Below the pieces are notes generated by a model. That model did no database searches. It worked only from the letters and a program-made list of their open reading frames with translations, and had not been told where the DNA came from. A DNA stretch of 64,000 bases, from NCBI GenBank assembly GCA_004431415.1, contig QPMI01000202.1:61757-125756 (forward strand), written 5' to 3'. The translations under genes were made by a program, and so were the position numbers. Of this stretch, positions 24,213 through 36,100 are shown piece after piece. Position 1 is the stretch's first letter. Every line of letters starts with the position of its first letter. This DNA comes from Cyanophora paradoxa CCMP329 (lineage: Eukaryota > Plantae > Glaucophyta).

Positions 24213-25631
24213 ATGTCGGCTCGTTCAACGGATCCGCGCGACATCGAAAGGCGCGTTTACGTCGGGAGGATATCCGGGCGAACTCGGGACAAGGACATCA
24301 ATGACTTGTTTGTGCGTCCTCGCGCCTCATCCTCCTGTCTGACTGTCGCTGACTCCCCCTTTTGCAGGCTCGGTCCGTTTTTTCAAGTCGCAAACTCCTT
24401 CCGAACCCTTGGACGCGCGCTTGGCTGACATCGGCCGCCCCGCGCAGCTATGGCAAGATCACGCGCTTCGACATGAAGTACGGTTACGGTGAGCGAAGGA
24501 TGGAGCCGGGCATTGACGAGCGTGTTGTTCACGCCGCCCGCAGCGTTCATCGAGTACGATGACCCCAAGGACGCCGAGGACGCCATCTCGTGCGCCTCGT
24601 TCGCGCACGAAACGATTCAAGAATTGCAGTTTACCAATTACCGGAGCGTGCAGGAAGCTCGACAACTTCGAGATTGATGGCAGCCGTCTCCAGGTGGAGC
24701 GTGCGAGGGGCCCGCAGGTGGACAGCGGTGGCGCTCGTGCTCGCGGACCCATGCGCGGCGAATTCCGTTGCCTCGTCTTGGACATGGCCCCGAACACCAG
24801 CTGGCAGGACCTGAAGGTCGGGCCCTTCGCTGATGCATTGCGATGGCGCCTGACCATCTCGTTTCGCCCTGTCAGGATTTCGCCCGGAATGCGGGCAGTG
24901 TTGTTTTCACTGATGTCTTCATGGACCGCGGCCGGGTTAGCTCCTTCCTTTCTTCTTCCCGCCATTGCTGACTGCTGCGTCGCGTCGAGCAGAAGGTCGG
25001 CGTGATCGAGTACGCTTCCCGGGAGGATGTCAAGGAGGCGCTTCACCGTCTCGATGACACCAGGCTCCACGATGTGCGCGTCCGCGTCCGGGAGGTACCA
25101 GCATGCCCCTCTGCCCCGCTTCCTCGCGCTGCTGCGGGCGCTGATGCGCCTTTCGGCGCGTCCAGGACGACGGCCGGTTTGATCACGTCGTCCGTAGTGC
25201 GTGCCGTTGATCTCGCCGCATGTCCCAGAGCGCGCGCCTCTCACACCACTCCGCAGACCGTGGTGGTGGCGGCGGCGGCGGCGGCTACGGCGGCGGCTAC
25301 GGCGGCGGTCGGGGCAGCTATGGCGGCTACGACCGTCGCGATGACCGGCGCGACCGGAGCCCCGACCGCAGCCGGCGCCGCTCCCGCTCGCGGTCCCGGT
25401 CGCCCCGGCGCCGCTCGCGGTCTCGGTCCCGTGATCGTGGCGACCGTGCCGACCGCGATCGCCGCTCCAAGTCTCCTGAGGAGAAGCGCCAGAAGACCGA
25501 ACGCAGCCCGCCGCGCGACGATGCCGCCCCGTGCGCCCCAGCCGTCTCGCAAACCGCGCCGCTGCGCCGCCCACTCGCCACGCAGCCCTAAGGAGGACCG
25601 CGAGCGCGAGCGCGAGGAGGCACGCGATTGA
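24213..25631 (+). CDS. SR splicing factor with RRM, pseudo-RRM and RS domain (SRSF1/4/5/6-like)
   Basis: RVYVGRI, GYAFIEYDDPKDAEDA, SWQDLKDFAR, Gly/Tyr linker and RSRSRSRSP tail. Confidence 0.93.
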
Positions 25632-26223
25632 GTGATACCGGATGTGCTATGAGATACCGCTGGTTCCCTGTGCAATTTGGAGGGGACGAATGTGAAATTG
25701 CGGGAAAGACGGCGTGACGCTGGCTCAGCGGGCCTCTGGGCGGCGCATTGGAGAGGCACTCGAATGGACGGGATCGCGGGGCTGGGACCTGCAGCGCGCT
25801 GGGTCCGGCTTCGGGATGCAGGCTGGCGCGGGCGGTTACGGGCGGGGCGGGACGGGACGGCAGTATGGGCTGGCTGCAGGCCCTCGCCATGGAGTCTCTT
25901 CGGTCGTTTTCCGCTTCCCCACTGCCGCCCTGCTCCCTCTCTCCCCTGCCCCTCCCCCTCCATCCTTCCCCCCCCACCTCCCAACCCACCTCCCCCGCGC
26001 CCTCGCTCGAGGGTGTTGCGGGACAAGGATACGGATTTGGAGCTCTGGTGGCAAGCGTACGACTGGGGCAGCCTCGCGGGCTTTGCGAATGCAGTTCGAA
26101 GGAGGATTGGAATTAAAAGTTTAGCCTGACGCGTACGGTGACGGGGCCGTGGAAGAGAGATTGGGACGGGTTCGGGCGAGGGGTTGGCTGCAAAGAGGGA
26201 GCTCGAGGGCGAGCGGCGTGCAC

Positions 26224-27448
26224 TCATTGCGTGCGCTGGCGCTTGCCGTCCGAGGCCCCCTCCGCCCCGCTCCCCTCTTCCTTCTCCTCCTCCTCCTCCT
26301 CCTCCTCCTCCTCCTGGCTTGCCTCGCCCTCGCCGCCCGCCGCCTCCTCCTCAGGGCCCGGCTCGAGGCCCATCATCGCCCACACGACGCGGAAGACGCG
26401 CAGAGCCGACGCGCCCTGCCGCCCGCCCTCAGCGAGTGCCCGCGCGCCGGCCCCCGCACCCCCGCGCACGAATTTCTTGAAGAAGGCGGCGTACTCGTCG
26501 TAGCCCCCCGTCAGGGGGAAGCCGTCGTCCCCCAGGAACGAGAGGAGGAACCTGCCGGGGGGATGAGCGGGAAACAAGGAGTGGGGCCGGGGTACTGCGC
26601 GCCAGTCGACTGGGGTGGCCTTTTCGGTGTCCATCTGGGCAAGCTCAGGGTGCTCCCTGTGGTGCTGCACAAGCCGCTGGAAGAACTCCCCTGCAGCACT
26701 CGTCGGCCCGCAATCTCTTCTTGTGGCCCCCGATTCACGCACCCGTCCTCGAGACATCGAGGGGGGGTAGGCGCAGGAGGCAGAGGACGCCGCGGAACAC
26801 CTCCTCGTCCCCCTCCTCCGCCTCTCCTGCAGGCAACCGCAGCCGCGCCGCACACTCTCTGCATCGAAGGCGCCGGCCGGTCAGGGGCGCCGGGGCGGGG
26901 CGGGGCGGGGCGCAGGGCGCGCTTCGCGCAGTAGAGCAGGACTTCGAACGCGGCGGCCTCGCCCTCGCCCTTCAGCCTCGAGACAGCAGCGCCGAGCTTC
27001 ACGAACTTCTCCAGCGCCTTGCTCCCAAACGCCACGTCCTTCGCCTAGCCGGGCGTGAGAGCCCCGCTCCCGCCAGCGCGCGCCGCATGAAACCAGCCCG
27101 CGATGTTGCGCACCAGCACGACCTTGCCGGCGTCGTCAGTGTAAGTGATGGTGCCGGTAGGGTCCTCGTCGAGCTGCGTGGCGCACAGGCCGACGAGGAA
27201 GAGCGAGAGCGGTGCCTTAGTCCGGTCCTGCGCACGGCCTTAGTACGGGGCACGCTACATGTGTTCTCACTCACTTCAATGTATTGCGTCGCTGCGCGCG
27301 CCGCCTGCGCGAAGGGCACCCGATCCTTGGCCCGCGCGAATGTCTCGACAGCCTTTTGTATGTTGTCACCCTCGGTCGTGTGCAAGTGTTCAGCCGGAGC
27401 GCTTGATTTTGCCAGGAGAGCGCACAGCTCTTCGCGCTGCTGATCCAT
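26224..27448 (-). CDS. Hypothetical multi-exon protein with an acidic C-terminus
   Basis: ATG at 27448, exon-like segments with typical introns, poly-E tail ending KRQRTQ*. Confidence 0.55.
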
Positions 27449-27932
27449 CTTAGCTAAGCGCTAGGGTCGGCGTCTGCGTGACCGTGCCGCCGGGCCGCGT
27501 TCGATTTTCTCGCTCTAGTGGGCTGCGCGAAACCTTTTCGCGATTCGCAATTGTAATTGAGAGCGCGGCTGCGCAGGGACAGTGCGCAGGGACAGTGATG
27601 AGGATTTGAAGTTGGCCGTTGCCGGGTACAGCGCACTAAGTCCTTGATGAAGTGCTAGTGGCCCAGGAGGTAGATATCGATACTAGTATTGCTTGTTGGC
27701 TCTGCATCGTTAGCTACGTCGAGAGAGCGCATTGGCTCCGCGCTGATCGCTCGGCGCCGCCCGGCGCTGGCCCCCGGGGCGCGTCACAGGGGGACCGCGT
27801 ACCCCCCTTAGCGGGCCCTGCCTGCGTTGCCCGCAGGCTTGTCGCCCCCGTAGGTAGCACAAACCCAGCTAGCTCCTGCGTTGTCCGCAGCTAGCATGCT
27901 TGTGTTATCAATGCGCAGGGTGTGGAGCGCGA

Positions 27933-28002
27933 TAGCAGATATCAATGCGCCGTCTGGTGCCGTCATGTTGTAGCAGATATCATGAGCATGTAGCAGATAT
28001 CA
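27933..28002. repeat. TAGCAGATATCA x3 direct repeats upstream of the 28053 gene
   Basis: Copies at 27933-27944, 27971-27982 and 27991-28002. Confidence 0.85.
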
Positions 28003-28052
28003 CGACGCCCAGGAGCGGGTGCTAGCGGGTGGCGGCGAAGACCACCAGCTCG

Positions 28053-31000
28053 ATGTCAAAACGTGCCGCGAGCGGCGCGAAGGCGGCGCAGCAGCCTCAA
28101 AGCAGCGGCGCAGCCTCGTCGAAGGACGCCCTTGAGGGAGCCCCAGCAGCAGTGGCAGCAGCAGGAGCAGCAGCAGCAGCAGGAGCAGCAGCAGCAGCAG
28201 GAGCAGCGTCCGCGAAGTCGGCGCCCTCGACGAAGCCGGTGGAAGCGCCCGACTCGTCGCCGCCGGCAAAGGTTCAGCTAGTGGCGCACTTTGAGATCAA
28301 GGGCTCGACCGGAGCGGCCGCCCGCGAGGCGAAGTTCGGGGCGCCGCCCGCCCGGGTGCTAAGTTCCTGCTCGGAGGCCGACCGCCTCGAACCGCAAGAG
28401 CAGGCCCTCCTCAAGACCCCCGTACGCGCCGTTCCGACCTGGGCGCCGCTTCCGCCCTAAGCTAAGCAGTCTGCGGCTGACGCGCCGTTCCCTCGAGCAG
28501 TTCAGGGGTGTGCTGCTGCGCCTGGGCCCGACGAGCGACGAGGCCGTGTCGGCGGCGGCGCAGCTCGGGACAAATGCGGAGGCGGAGGATCTCGAGGGGT
28601 ACAGAGAGCTCGCGAGGGGCTTCTGCGGGCGGGCCCTTGCCGTCCTGCGGGAGCTCGCGGGGGTACCGAATGGGACGGCCCTGCTGGACGAGTTCTCGAA
28701 ATGGGCATACCCCGTCTCCAAGCAGTGCCCGGCCAATTTCTGGACCCGCGACCCCGCGCGCCCCGCCTCTGTTCTCGTCGCGTACGACCTTGTACACCCT
28801 CCCTCAGTCCTCTTTTTATGTGCCCGTCAGGTTCGGGGCGAACGAAACAAGCCGGGAGGTTCCCTGCGTGCCCCTCGTCACCATCTTGTGCTTGACCTCA
28901 CCCGCTCGTGCACCCCGGAGAGTGACGCGTACCCCCGCAGGACGCTGGACGACCAGGAGCCGCAGCCTGGGGTACCCCCGCTGCGGGCGGCCGTGAGTTT
29001 GGGTCACGAGGTGCCGGAGCTCCGGCCGCCGCGCCCCCACGGGCAGTGCTAAACGCGCCCCGCAGCTAATCCACGCGTACCACATCCTCTCTGGAACGGT
29101 GGGGTACGCGCGTGCGAACGAGGAGTTCAAGACGGTCGGCATCTTCGGCTATGAGTGCGTCCGCGCCCACTCCCCTCGCTCTCCCTTCGAGCGGGGGTTC
29201 ATGTCCAGAGGCGAGAGGTACACGGAGAACAAGCTGCGGCTCGAGTTCGGGGACGAGCTGCGGACCTCGTACGCCGGCGGGGCCCTCTCGCACGAGGAGG
29301 ACGGGTACCGCGTCTCCTCGCTCGCCGCTCGGGACCTCCTTCAGGTCCTCCCCCCCGCGGCGCCGCTCGCCCTCCCCCGGCTGAGGGCCGGGCAGGTCAT
29401 GTCGCAGCCGGACGTTGACAAGCGGATCGAGGCGGAGTGCCGGTCGCGGTGAGCGCCCCTTCCCCTCCCCCTCCCCGGCGCATGCGCTGGTCGGATGGGC
29501 GGGCGTGCAGGCTGGAGCCGCACGGGTACGGGGGGGCGGAGGGGCGGGAGGCGGCGGTGCGGGAGTGCGCGGGGGCGGACCGCAAGGTGCTGCAGGCCTT
29601 CGTCCACGACTTCCTCGGGCGCTGGGCCCTCCTCCCCGCCCTCCAGCGTCCGCCCCCCCGCCCCCGCCCCCCCGCCTCGCTCCCGCCTCACTCCGGGCTC
29701 GACGGGCCAGCCATCGAGGGGCCCTCCCACCCGGACTCGGAGCTCTTTGCCGTCCTCGAAGAGGCGAGCGAGCCGGGGCGGCGCCGCGGGGCGTCGCAGG
29801 GGCCTCTTGCGACGGCTGCGGGGGCGGGGGGGCAGGTGGAGGGGATGCTTGCGCGGGAGGCGGGGGCAGTGGCGGCGATGGACGAGGCGGCGCAGGCGGC
29901 GTTCGTCGCCCGCGCCTGCGAGGCCCGCCTCGCCGCCCCCGCCCGCTTCTCCCCGCACCACCTGTCCGCCCTCTGCTTTCTTCTTCAAGCTTCTGCTCGA
30001 GCTTGAGGGCCGCGCGGGGCGGCAGGGCGGACCCGGCGAAGTACGCGGCGCGCTGCAGGCAGCTCTTCCTCCCCAAGGGGCCCGCCCCCGACGTCGCCGG
30101 GGCCGAGAGGTGCGCCCGAGCCGCCGCCGGCCTTTGCTCCGCCTGACGCGCCCCGGCGCAGCTGCGACAGCTTCGAAAAGACCGTGGCGGTGTGCGGCCG
30201 GCGGGTGCGCGCCCGTGGTCGCCTCTACGATCCTCGCCCGCCCGCCGTTCCCGATGACCGACGCGGACTCGTGGCCAGATGGCCGAGAAGCTCGACACGC
30301 TGAAGGGTCCGCGCCGCGCCGCGCCCTGCGCCCGCCGGGCCGGGCCGCGGCCGCCCGCCGATCGGGGGCTCGCGGGGCGGCAGAGATCGCGAAGGCGCAC
30401 AACGCGCAGCGGAACCTCCTGCGGAACGTGACGGGGGCGCCCGACCCCGAGAAGCAGGCTGCGGAGGCGCGCGGCGCCGAGCCGAGCCGCCTCCCGCCCC
30501 GCCCCGCTCTGACTGCTGTGCGCGCAGGCGTGGAAGCTCTGTGCGCTCTACACGGCGCGCGCGTCGGGCGCCGGCGCCGGCGCACCGCCCGCGGGGCCCA
30601 TGGATGCGTGCGCCTTCGAGCTCTGCGGGGGGCGGGGGGGGCCCGGGCCGCCCTTCGTGCGTGAGGGCCCTGGGCAGGTGCCTGCGGGACCTGGACGTCG
30701 TGATTGAGAACCACGAGACGCTGCGCGGCTTCCGCGTCCAAGGGAGCCAGCAGGCCGGCCCCCCCGCCCTCTATCCTCCCCACGCCGCTCTCAGCGGGGC
30801 GCGCGCGCAGACGCGGGACCTCGACGCGCTACCCGACGATGCCGCCCGCGGCCGGCGCGCCTGCCCCGCGGCCTCGAGCTCGCTGGCGCCGGCGGGCTGA
30901 GCGGGGCGCAGGTACATGCGGGAGGTGTGCGAGGCGATGGGCGAGCGGGAGGCGGAGGTCCGCACCTCCGAGCTCCTCCTCGGTGCGCCGTCGACGCTCG

Positions 31001-31447
31001 TGCTGCTCTTAATCCCGCCACGAGTGATCGCCTCTGTGGCGGCGGGCATCCAAGGATCACAATCGAAAGCCGCGCCAACAAGTCGCAGCCTCTCTCTGGC
31101 TTGAGCGTCACATTCGTCGCCGCAGGGACGGCTCTGCTGCCGGAGGCGGGGCCCGAGGAGCGGGCGGCCGAGTGCGCGGGGCGGGCGGCGAGGGCCTACG
31201 CGGCGTACCGCGTTGCCGCCTTCCGCGCGGGGCGCCCGCCGGCGGCCGGCCCCGCCGCCCCGCGCCCGAGGCCGGGGATGGGGAGGGCGAGGCGGGCATC
31301 GCGCCCGACGACGGCGCCGGGGCGGATGCCGACCCCGGCGGCGACATCGATGCCGAGGGCGCCTGGGCGGACGCCGTCGAGGGCGGCCCCGCGCCCTCGC
31401 CCTGGCCGACCCTCGAGGCGGGCTCCGGCCCGCTAGGACTGCTCTAG
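28053..31447 (+). CDS. Hypothetical multi-exon protein with an Ala-rich N-terminus
   Basis: Chain of GC3-biased exons with typical introns. A (GCA)n tract at about 28144-28207 encodes Ala/Gly. No domain recognised; the end is uncertain. Confidence 0.55.
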
Positions 31448-31514
31448 CCGCGGCAGCGAGCACAGGCTGCCGCCGTGTCCGCCAGCGCCCCCCGGGGCAG
31501 CGCGGGGCAGCGTC

Positions 31515-31950
31515 CCGTGCGCGCGCCTCTCCTCAGTTGGCACAGTGTCCCGTCGGCCTCGCACGCTGCCGCTTCTCTGCGTGTGCGTGCCTGGCGCGGC
31601 CGGCTTCGAGCCCGAGCCCCGTGGAGCGCTCCCAACGCTCCCTCGTCGACCGTCGCGGCGAGTTCGAATCCAGGGCGCGTCCTGTCCCGTACCCCCCGAA
31701 GGCGGGCGTGACTCACGGGGCGTGCAGGAGTTCAAGAGGGAGGTGGAGGGCCGGCTGGCGCGGGAGCGCGCCGCCTCGAGCCTCTCGCACTGGCAGGCGC
31801 CCCCCGAGAAGGCGGCAGCCCCCCGGGACGCCCCCCGGGCCGCCCCGCGCAGCTTCCAGCCCAAGCCGCCCGCGGCCGAGGGGCCGCAGGCCCCCCGGCG
31901 GGAGCGCAGCCCCGTTCCCGCCTGAGCACCTCTCTGAAGGACTGTTCTTT
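31515..31950 (+). pseudogene. Inverted partial copy of the Twinkle 3' end: intact last exon at 31728-31925 with degenerate flanks
   Basis: The 198-nt exon EFKREVEGRL...ERSPVPA* is nearly identical to 13966-14163 (-). The upstream intron and exon are recognisable but diverged. Confidence 0.85.
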
Positions 31951-32142
31951 ACTGATAATTATAGGGAGCAGTCAGAAGACGGGGACGATGGGCTTGGACC
32001 TGGGGGACACTCGATCTCGGGGGCATCAGAGGATCGGGAGGCGCCTCGCGGAGCGCGGGGGGGGCGGGGGAGTGGGCGGGGGCGAGGAAGCGACGAGGCT
32101 ACGGGAGGAAGGGGGCGGGAGGGGGCGTTGCCACAGGGGCCG

Positions 32143-33006
32143 CTACCAGGCCTTCCAGTGGCGGGCGATGGAGAGGAGGGCGGTGGAGGCCTCGCTGCGG
32201 TGGCGGCTGTTCGCCTTCTCGACGGCCGCCAGGAGCCCCGCGTAGAGCGCCGGGTCCTTGGCGAGGGGGTCCCCGCCCCGCCGCGGGTCCCGCATCGCCT
32301 GCGCCGCCTCGCGCAGCTTGCAGACGTTGCGGCCGAGGGCGTACAGCAGCACGAAGAGGCCCAGCGTCTCGAAGTCGTCCCGCACTCCGCGCCACCGCAT
32401 CCCGTCCAGCACCGCCTCCGCCGCCTCCACCGGGCCCTCCGCCCCCTCCGCCCCGGAGCCGCCGCCACCGGCCGCTGCCGGCGGCGCCTGCATCCGAGCG
32501 ACGAAGCCGCGCAGCGCCGCGTTCAGCACTGCGGAGCTCCCCTCCAAGAGCTTCGCGCGCTCCGCCGCGTCCAGCGCCGCCAGCAGCGCAGCGGAGCTCG
32601 CGCCGCGCTCCGCCGCGCGCCGGAACGCCGCCGCCGCCCACGCCTGCGCGTCCTCCGGCCGCGCCGCGCGAATCGCGGCCTCAAAGGCCTGCGCTGCAGT
32701 GTCCGCGCTTTCTGAAACCGCGACCGCGTCGCCCGCAGCGTCTGCTGAGGCGTCTTTGCCGGCGCCGCTGCCGCTGGCGCTCGCGGTCGAGAGGTCGCGC
32801 GCAGGCGTGATATGCTTCCAAAACAATGGCGAACGCCTCCCGAGCCGCAAAGAAGCGGCCGGGGGCGCCGCGATGGCGTCTACACGGAGCGGGCGAGCGG
32901 CAGCCAGCAGGCGCACGGCCCCTGGGCACGATGCAGCTCTAAAATCTCTAGCTACAGCGATCGGACCGACCGCTCTTGAGCTAAGCCGCCGAAGCTGGGA
33001 GCGCAT
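32143..33006 (-). CDS. Intronless 287-aa helical protein, probably mitochondrion-targeted, with a PPR-like segment
   Basis: R/S/L/A-rich N-terminus (MRSQLRRLSSRAV); VLNAALRGF...VEAAEAVLDGMRWRGVRDD resembles a PPR repeat. Confidence 0.6.
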   Translation of the reverse strand: MRSQLRRLSSRAVGPIAVARDFRAASCPGAVRLLAAARPLRVDAIAAPPAASLRLGRRSPLFWKHITPARDLSTASASGSGAGKDASADAAGDAVAVSESADTAAQAFEAAIRAARPEDAQAWAAAAFRRAAERGASSAALLAALDAAERAKLLEGSSAVLNAALRGFVARMQAPPAAAGGGGSGAEGAEGPVEAAEAVLDGMRWRGVRDDFETLGLFVLLYALGRNVCKLREAAQAMRDPRRGGDPLAKDPALYAGLLAAVEKANSRHRSEASTALLSIARHWKAW

Positions 33007-33114
33007 CTCGCTGGGGGGGATACATGATCCACTCTTGGCGGCGGCCCTTCATCCCAAGCAAGCGTACGGGGTCGAGATCGCGCCGTTGAGCTGCATGCGG
33101 TGCACGTGATATCG

Positions 33115-36100
33115 ATGGACCTCGAACAAGAGGCGGGGCACGAACGGGGGGCCAGCAGTCAACAACAGGAGCCGCAGGAAAGCGCAAAGGACCTTGTGCT
33201 AATCGGGAGCGAATGCCAAGAATCCGGCGTGCGTGCGGTCCCCTTAGCCCCTTAGCCCCAGCAGCTTTGCGTACTGTGTGCAAGCGTACTGTGCACAAGG
33301 CCTCACACGCGGGGCCGTGCAGATTGCCTCAGCCGAAGGCTTCGCCGCGTCCTTGCCGCGCTCGATCCTCTTCTGGCTGCTGTCGGTCTTGACGCTGGGG
33401 GCGATGCCGCTGATCGCTACGTGGTATCCTGGCCGGGCCCTCAAGTGGCGGTGTAAGGCATGTCCGCTCGCTTCGGCCGACTACGTGCTCGCGCGGGTAA
33501 GGCGATTTTGCCGGGAGGAACCCCGCGGGCGTGCGGCTCACGGGCGAGCGCAGGGCTTCGACGGGCTCGAGTTTGTCGTGCCAGTGCGAGAAGTGCAGAG
33601 CCACAGCGCATCCTCATACGCGTCGGAAGAACAGGCGAGCCCATTTGCTCGCGCGCGCGTCCCTTCGCGTCCCTCGGGGCGAAAACGAGCGGGGCGGCGG
33701 CAGATCGCGGGCGTGGCGGGCCACCGCTTCTTGAAGGACGGACGGTACCGGCTCCTCGCCTTCCGTTATGTCGAGTACGTGCTGGACCGCGACAGCGGCA
33801 AGTTCATCCGCCCCGAGTGCGCCGGATCGAACCGGGAGCTTGAGCCACAGCCGCCGGCGAACGGAGATTTGATCGCGCCACAGATTTGATCTGGCGCATC
33901 CTTACGGGTACATCCACGAGAAGCTCTCCCCGGGCATCTCGCAGGCGGTTCACGTCGACCGCGCTGTCCTCTTCGGCCGCAACGCGCGCCCCGCCGCCAC
34001 CGCCCGCCCCGCCCCCACCGGGATTCGAACCCGCGGCAGGTCATCGACGTGCCGGTCAAGTCATGGACCACGCTCCTCGTGCAGGAGGCGAGCCCCCGCC
34101 CCGCCCCACGCCCCCACCGCTGCGGCCGGGGCGGCACTTGAGCCCCCCCCCGCCCCCCCAGGTCCTCCACCCCTTCTACATCTTCCAGGTGTACAGCATC
34201 GTCCTCTGGTGCATCGAGGACTACACCGTGTACGCCCCGCGCGCCCCTCGCCCTGCCTCCTGCACCCCCCGAGGCGCCGGAGGCAGGTACGCGGGGTGCA
34301 TCTTCGCGATGAGCGCCTTCTCGGCGCTCGCCACTCTCATCGAGACGCGCCGCAACCTCGTGCCTGCCCCGCGTGCCCCCTCATCCCTTCCCCCCAGCTT
34401 TTGATCGCCGCATCCCGTATCCCAGGTCAACCTTCGGCAAATGGCGCTGCACGAGTGCCCCGTGACGGTCCTTCGCGACGGCGTGCGCTCGTACCCCCAT
34501 CCTCCGCCCTCCGCACCCAGCGCCTCTCGCCGTCCCCCGATTGCGTGCCCCCTGGCAGTCCTGGACGGGTACGAGCTCGGCGGACCTCGTGCCGGGGGAC
34601 GTCATCGAGATCACCGACAACTTCACCCTTCCCTGCGGTGCCGCCCGCCCGCCCGCCGCCCTCCCTCTCTTCCGCCCTTCCCCGCCGACCTGCCTCCCCC
34701 CCAGACCTGGTGCTGCTGGCCGGCTCGGCGATCGTGAACGAGAGCATGCTGACGGGGGAGTCGGTGCCGGTGCTGAAGGCCGCGCTCCCGCCGGCGCACC
34801 AGGCCGACGCCGCCGAGTTCTCCTTCGAGTCGGACCGCAAGCACGTCCTCTACTCCGGCACCCGCGTCATCCAGACCCGCTTCTACGGCCACTCCCGCGT
34901 CACGGCGCTCGCCGTCCGCACGGGCTTCCACACGGCCAAGGGCGCCATGATCCGCTCCATCCTCTTCCCCAAGCAGGCGCCCTTCAAGTTCTACGAGGAC
35001 TCCTTCAAGTTCATCGCCGTCATGGCCGCCCTCGCCCTCGCCGGCTTCGCCTACTCCGCCTACCTCCTCGCCAAGGCCCGCCCCCGCCCTCCCTCCCCGC
35101 CCCGCGCCGCCCGCCCCGCCCCTCACTCACGGGCCGCGCAGTACGACGTGAGCGTCACCGGCATCGCGCTCCGCGGCCTCGACCTCACCACCGTGCTCTC
35201 CCTGCGCCCCCTCTGCCCTCCCGCCCTCCAGGAGCTCTAAGGGGGAGGCGGCAGATCATCATCCCGCCGGCTCTCCCGGCCGCGATGACGATCGGCACCG
35301 CATTCGCCATCGCCCGCCTCAAGGTCGCCGCCCCTTCCGCCCCCGCCCCGCCCCGCCCCGCGCGGCCGCCGAGCCGGGGCGGGGCGGGGCGCAGGCGGCG
35401 AGCATCTTCTGCATCTCCCCGCCCCGCGTCAACGTCGCCGGCAAGCTCAAGGCGCGCCTTTCGCTCCAGCCGGCGGCCTTTGCTCTCGGGCTGAGGGCGC
35501 CGGGGGCCAGGTGATGTGCTTCGACAAGACGGGGACGCTCACGGAGGAGGGCCTCGACGTCATGGGCGTCCGCGTCGCCTCCCGGCCCCAGCCGCCCCCC
35601 GCCGCCCCGCCGCCGCCCCGGCCCCGCCCTCGCTGCGGCGCGCCCCCGCCGCGGCCTCGCCGGAGGCCGTCGCCGAGTTCGGGCCCCTCGTCGAGGACGT
35701 CTCCACAGTCGAGGCCCGCCCCGCCCCGCCCCGCGCCGCGCCGCGCCGCGCCGTGTCGCTGAGAGGGGCGCGCAGGGCCCGCTGCTGCGCTGCCTCGCCG
35801 CGTGCCACGCGATCACCGAGGCGGGCGGCCTCGCGCCTGCGCGCCTCCAAGCCGGCTGCGGCCACTGACGGGCGGCACAACAGGTGGCCGGGGAGCTGAT
35901 CGGGGACCCCCTGGACCTCATCATGTTCCAGGCCACCCGCTGGGCCCGCCCCCGCACGATATCCGCCTTGCGCGCGCCGTCTGAGGCAGGAGCAGGTGCT
36001 CGAGGAGCCTCAGGTGGGCGCCCGCTACGACTCCATCGTGCCGACGGTGGTGCGGCCGCCGGCGGGGCGCCCCGACGAGGCCGCCGCCATCCTCGCCGAC

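Noticed and set aside
28144-28207. CAG tract as polyglutamine
   Set aside because: The frame continuous with ATG 28053 reads GCA/GGA (Ala/Gly); the poly-Q frame is a short ORF.
34012-34036. Minus-strand CGGGTTCGAATCCCG resembles a tRNA T-arm or B-box
   Set aside because: There is no acceptor, D or anticodon arm, and the rest would overlap a P5B exon. It is better explained as another intronic palindrome.
35580-35660. Apparent frameshift in the P5B ATPase (similar cases near 10190 and 18050) as programmed frameshifting or pseudogenisation
   Set aside because: All fall in G/C homopolymer-rich tracts where sequencing indels are likely, and the genes are otherwise intact.
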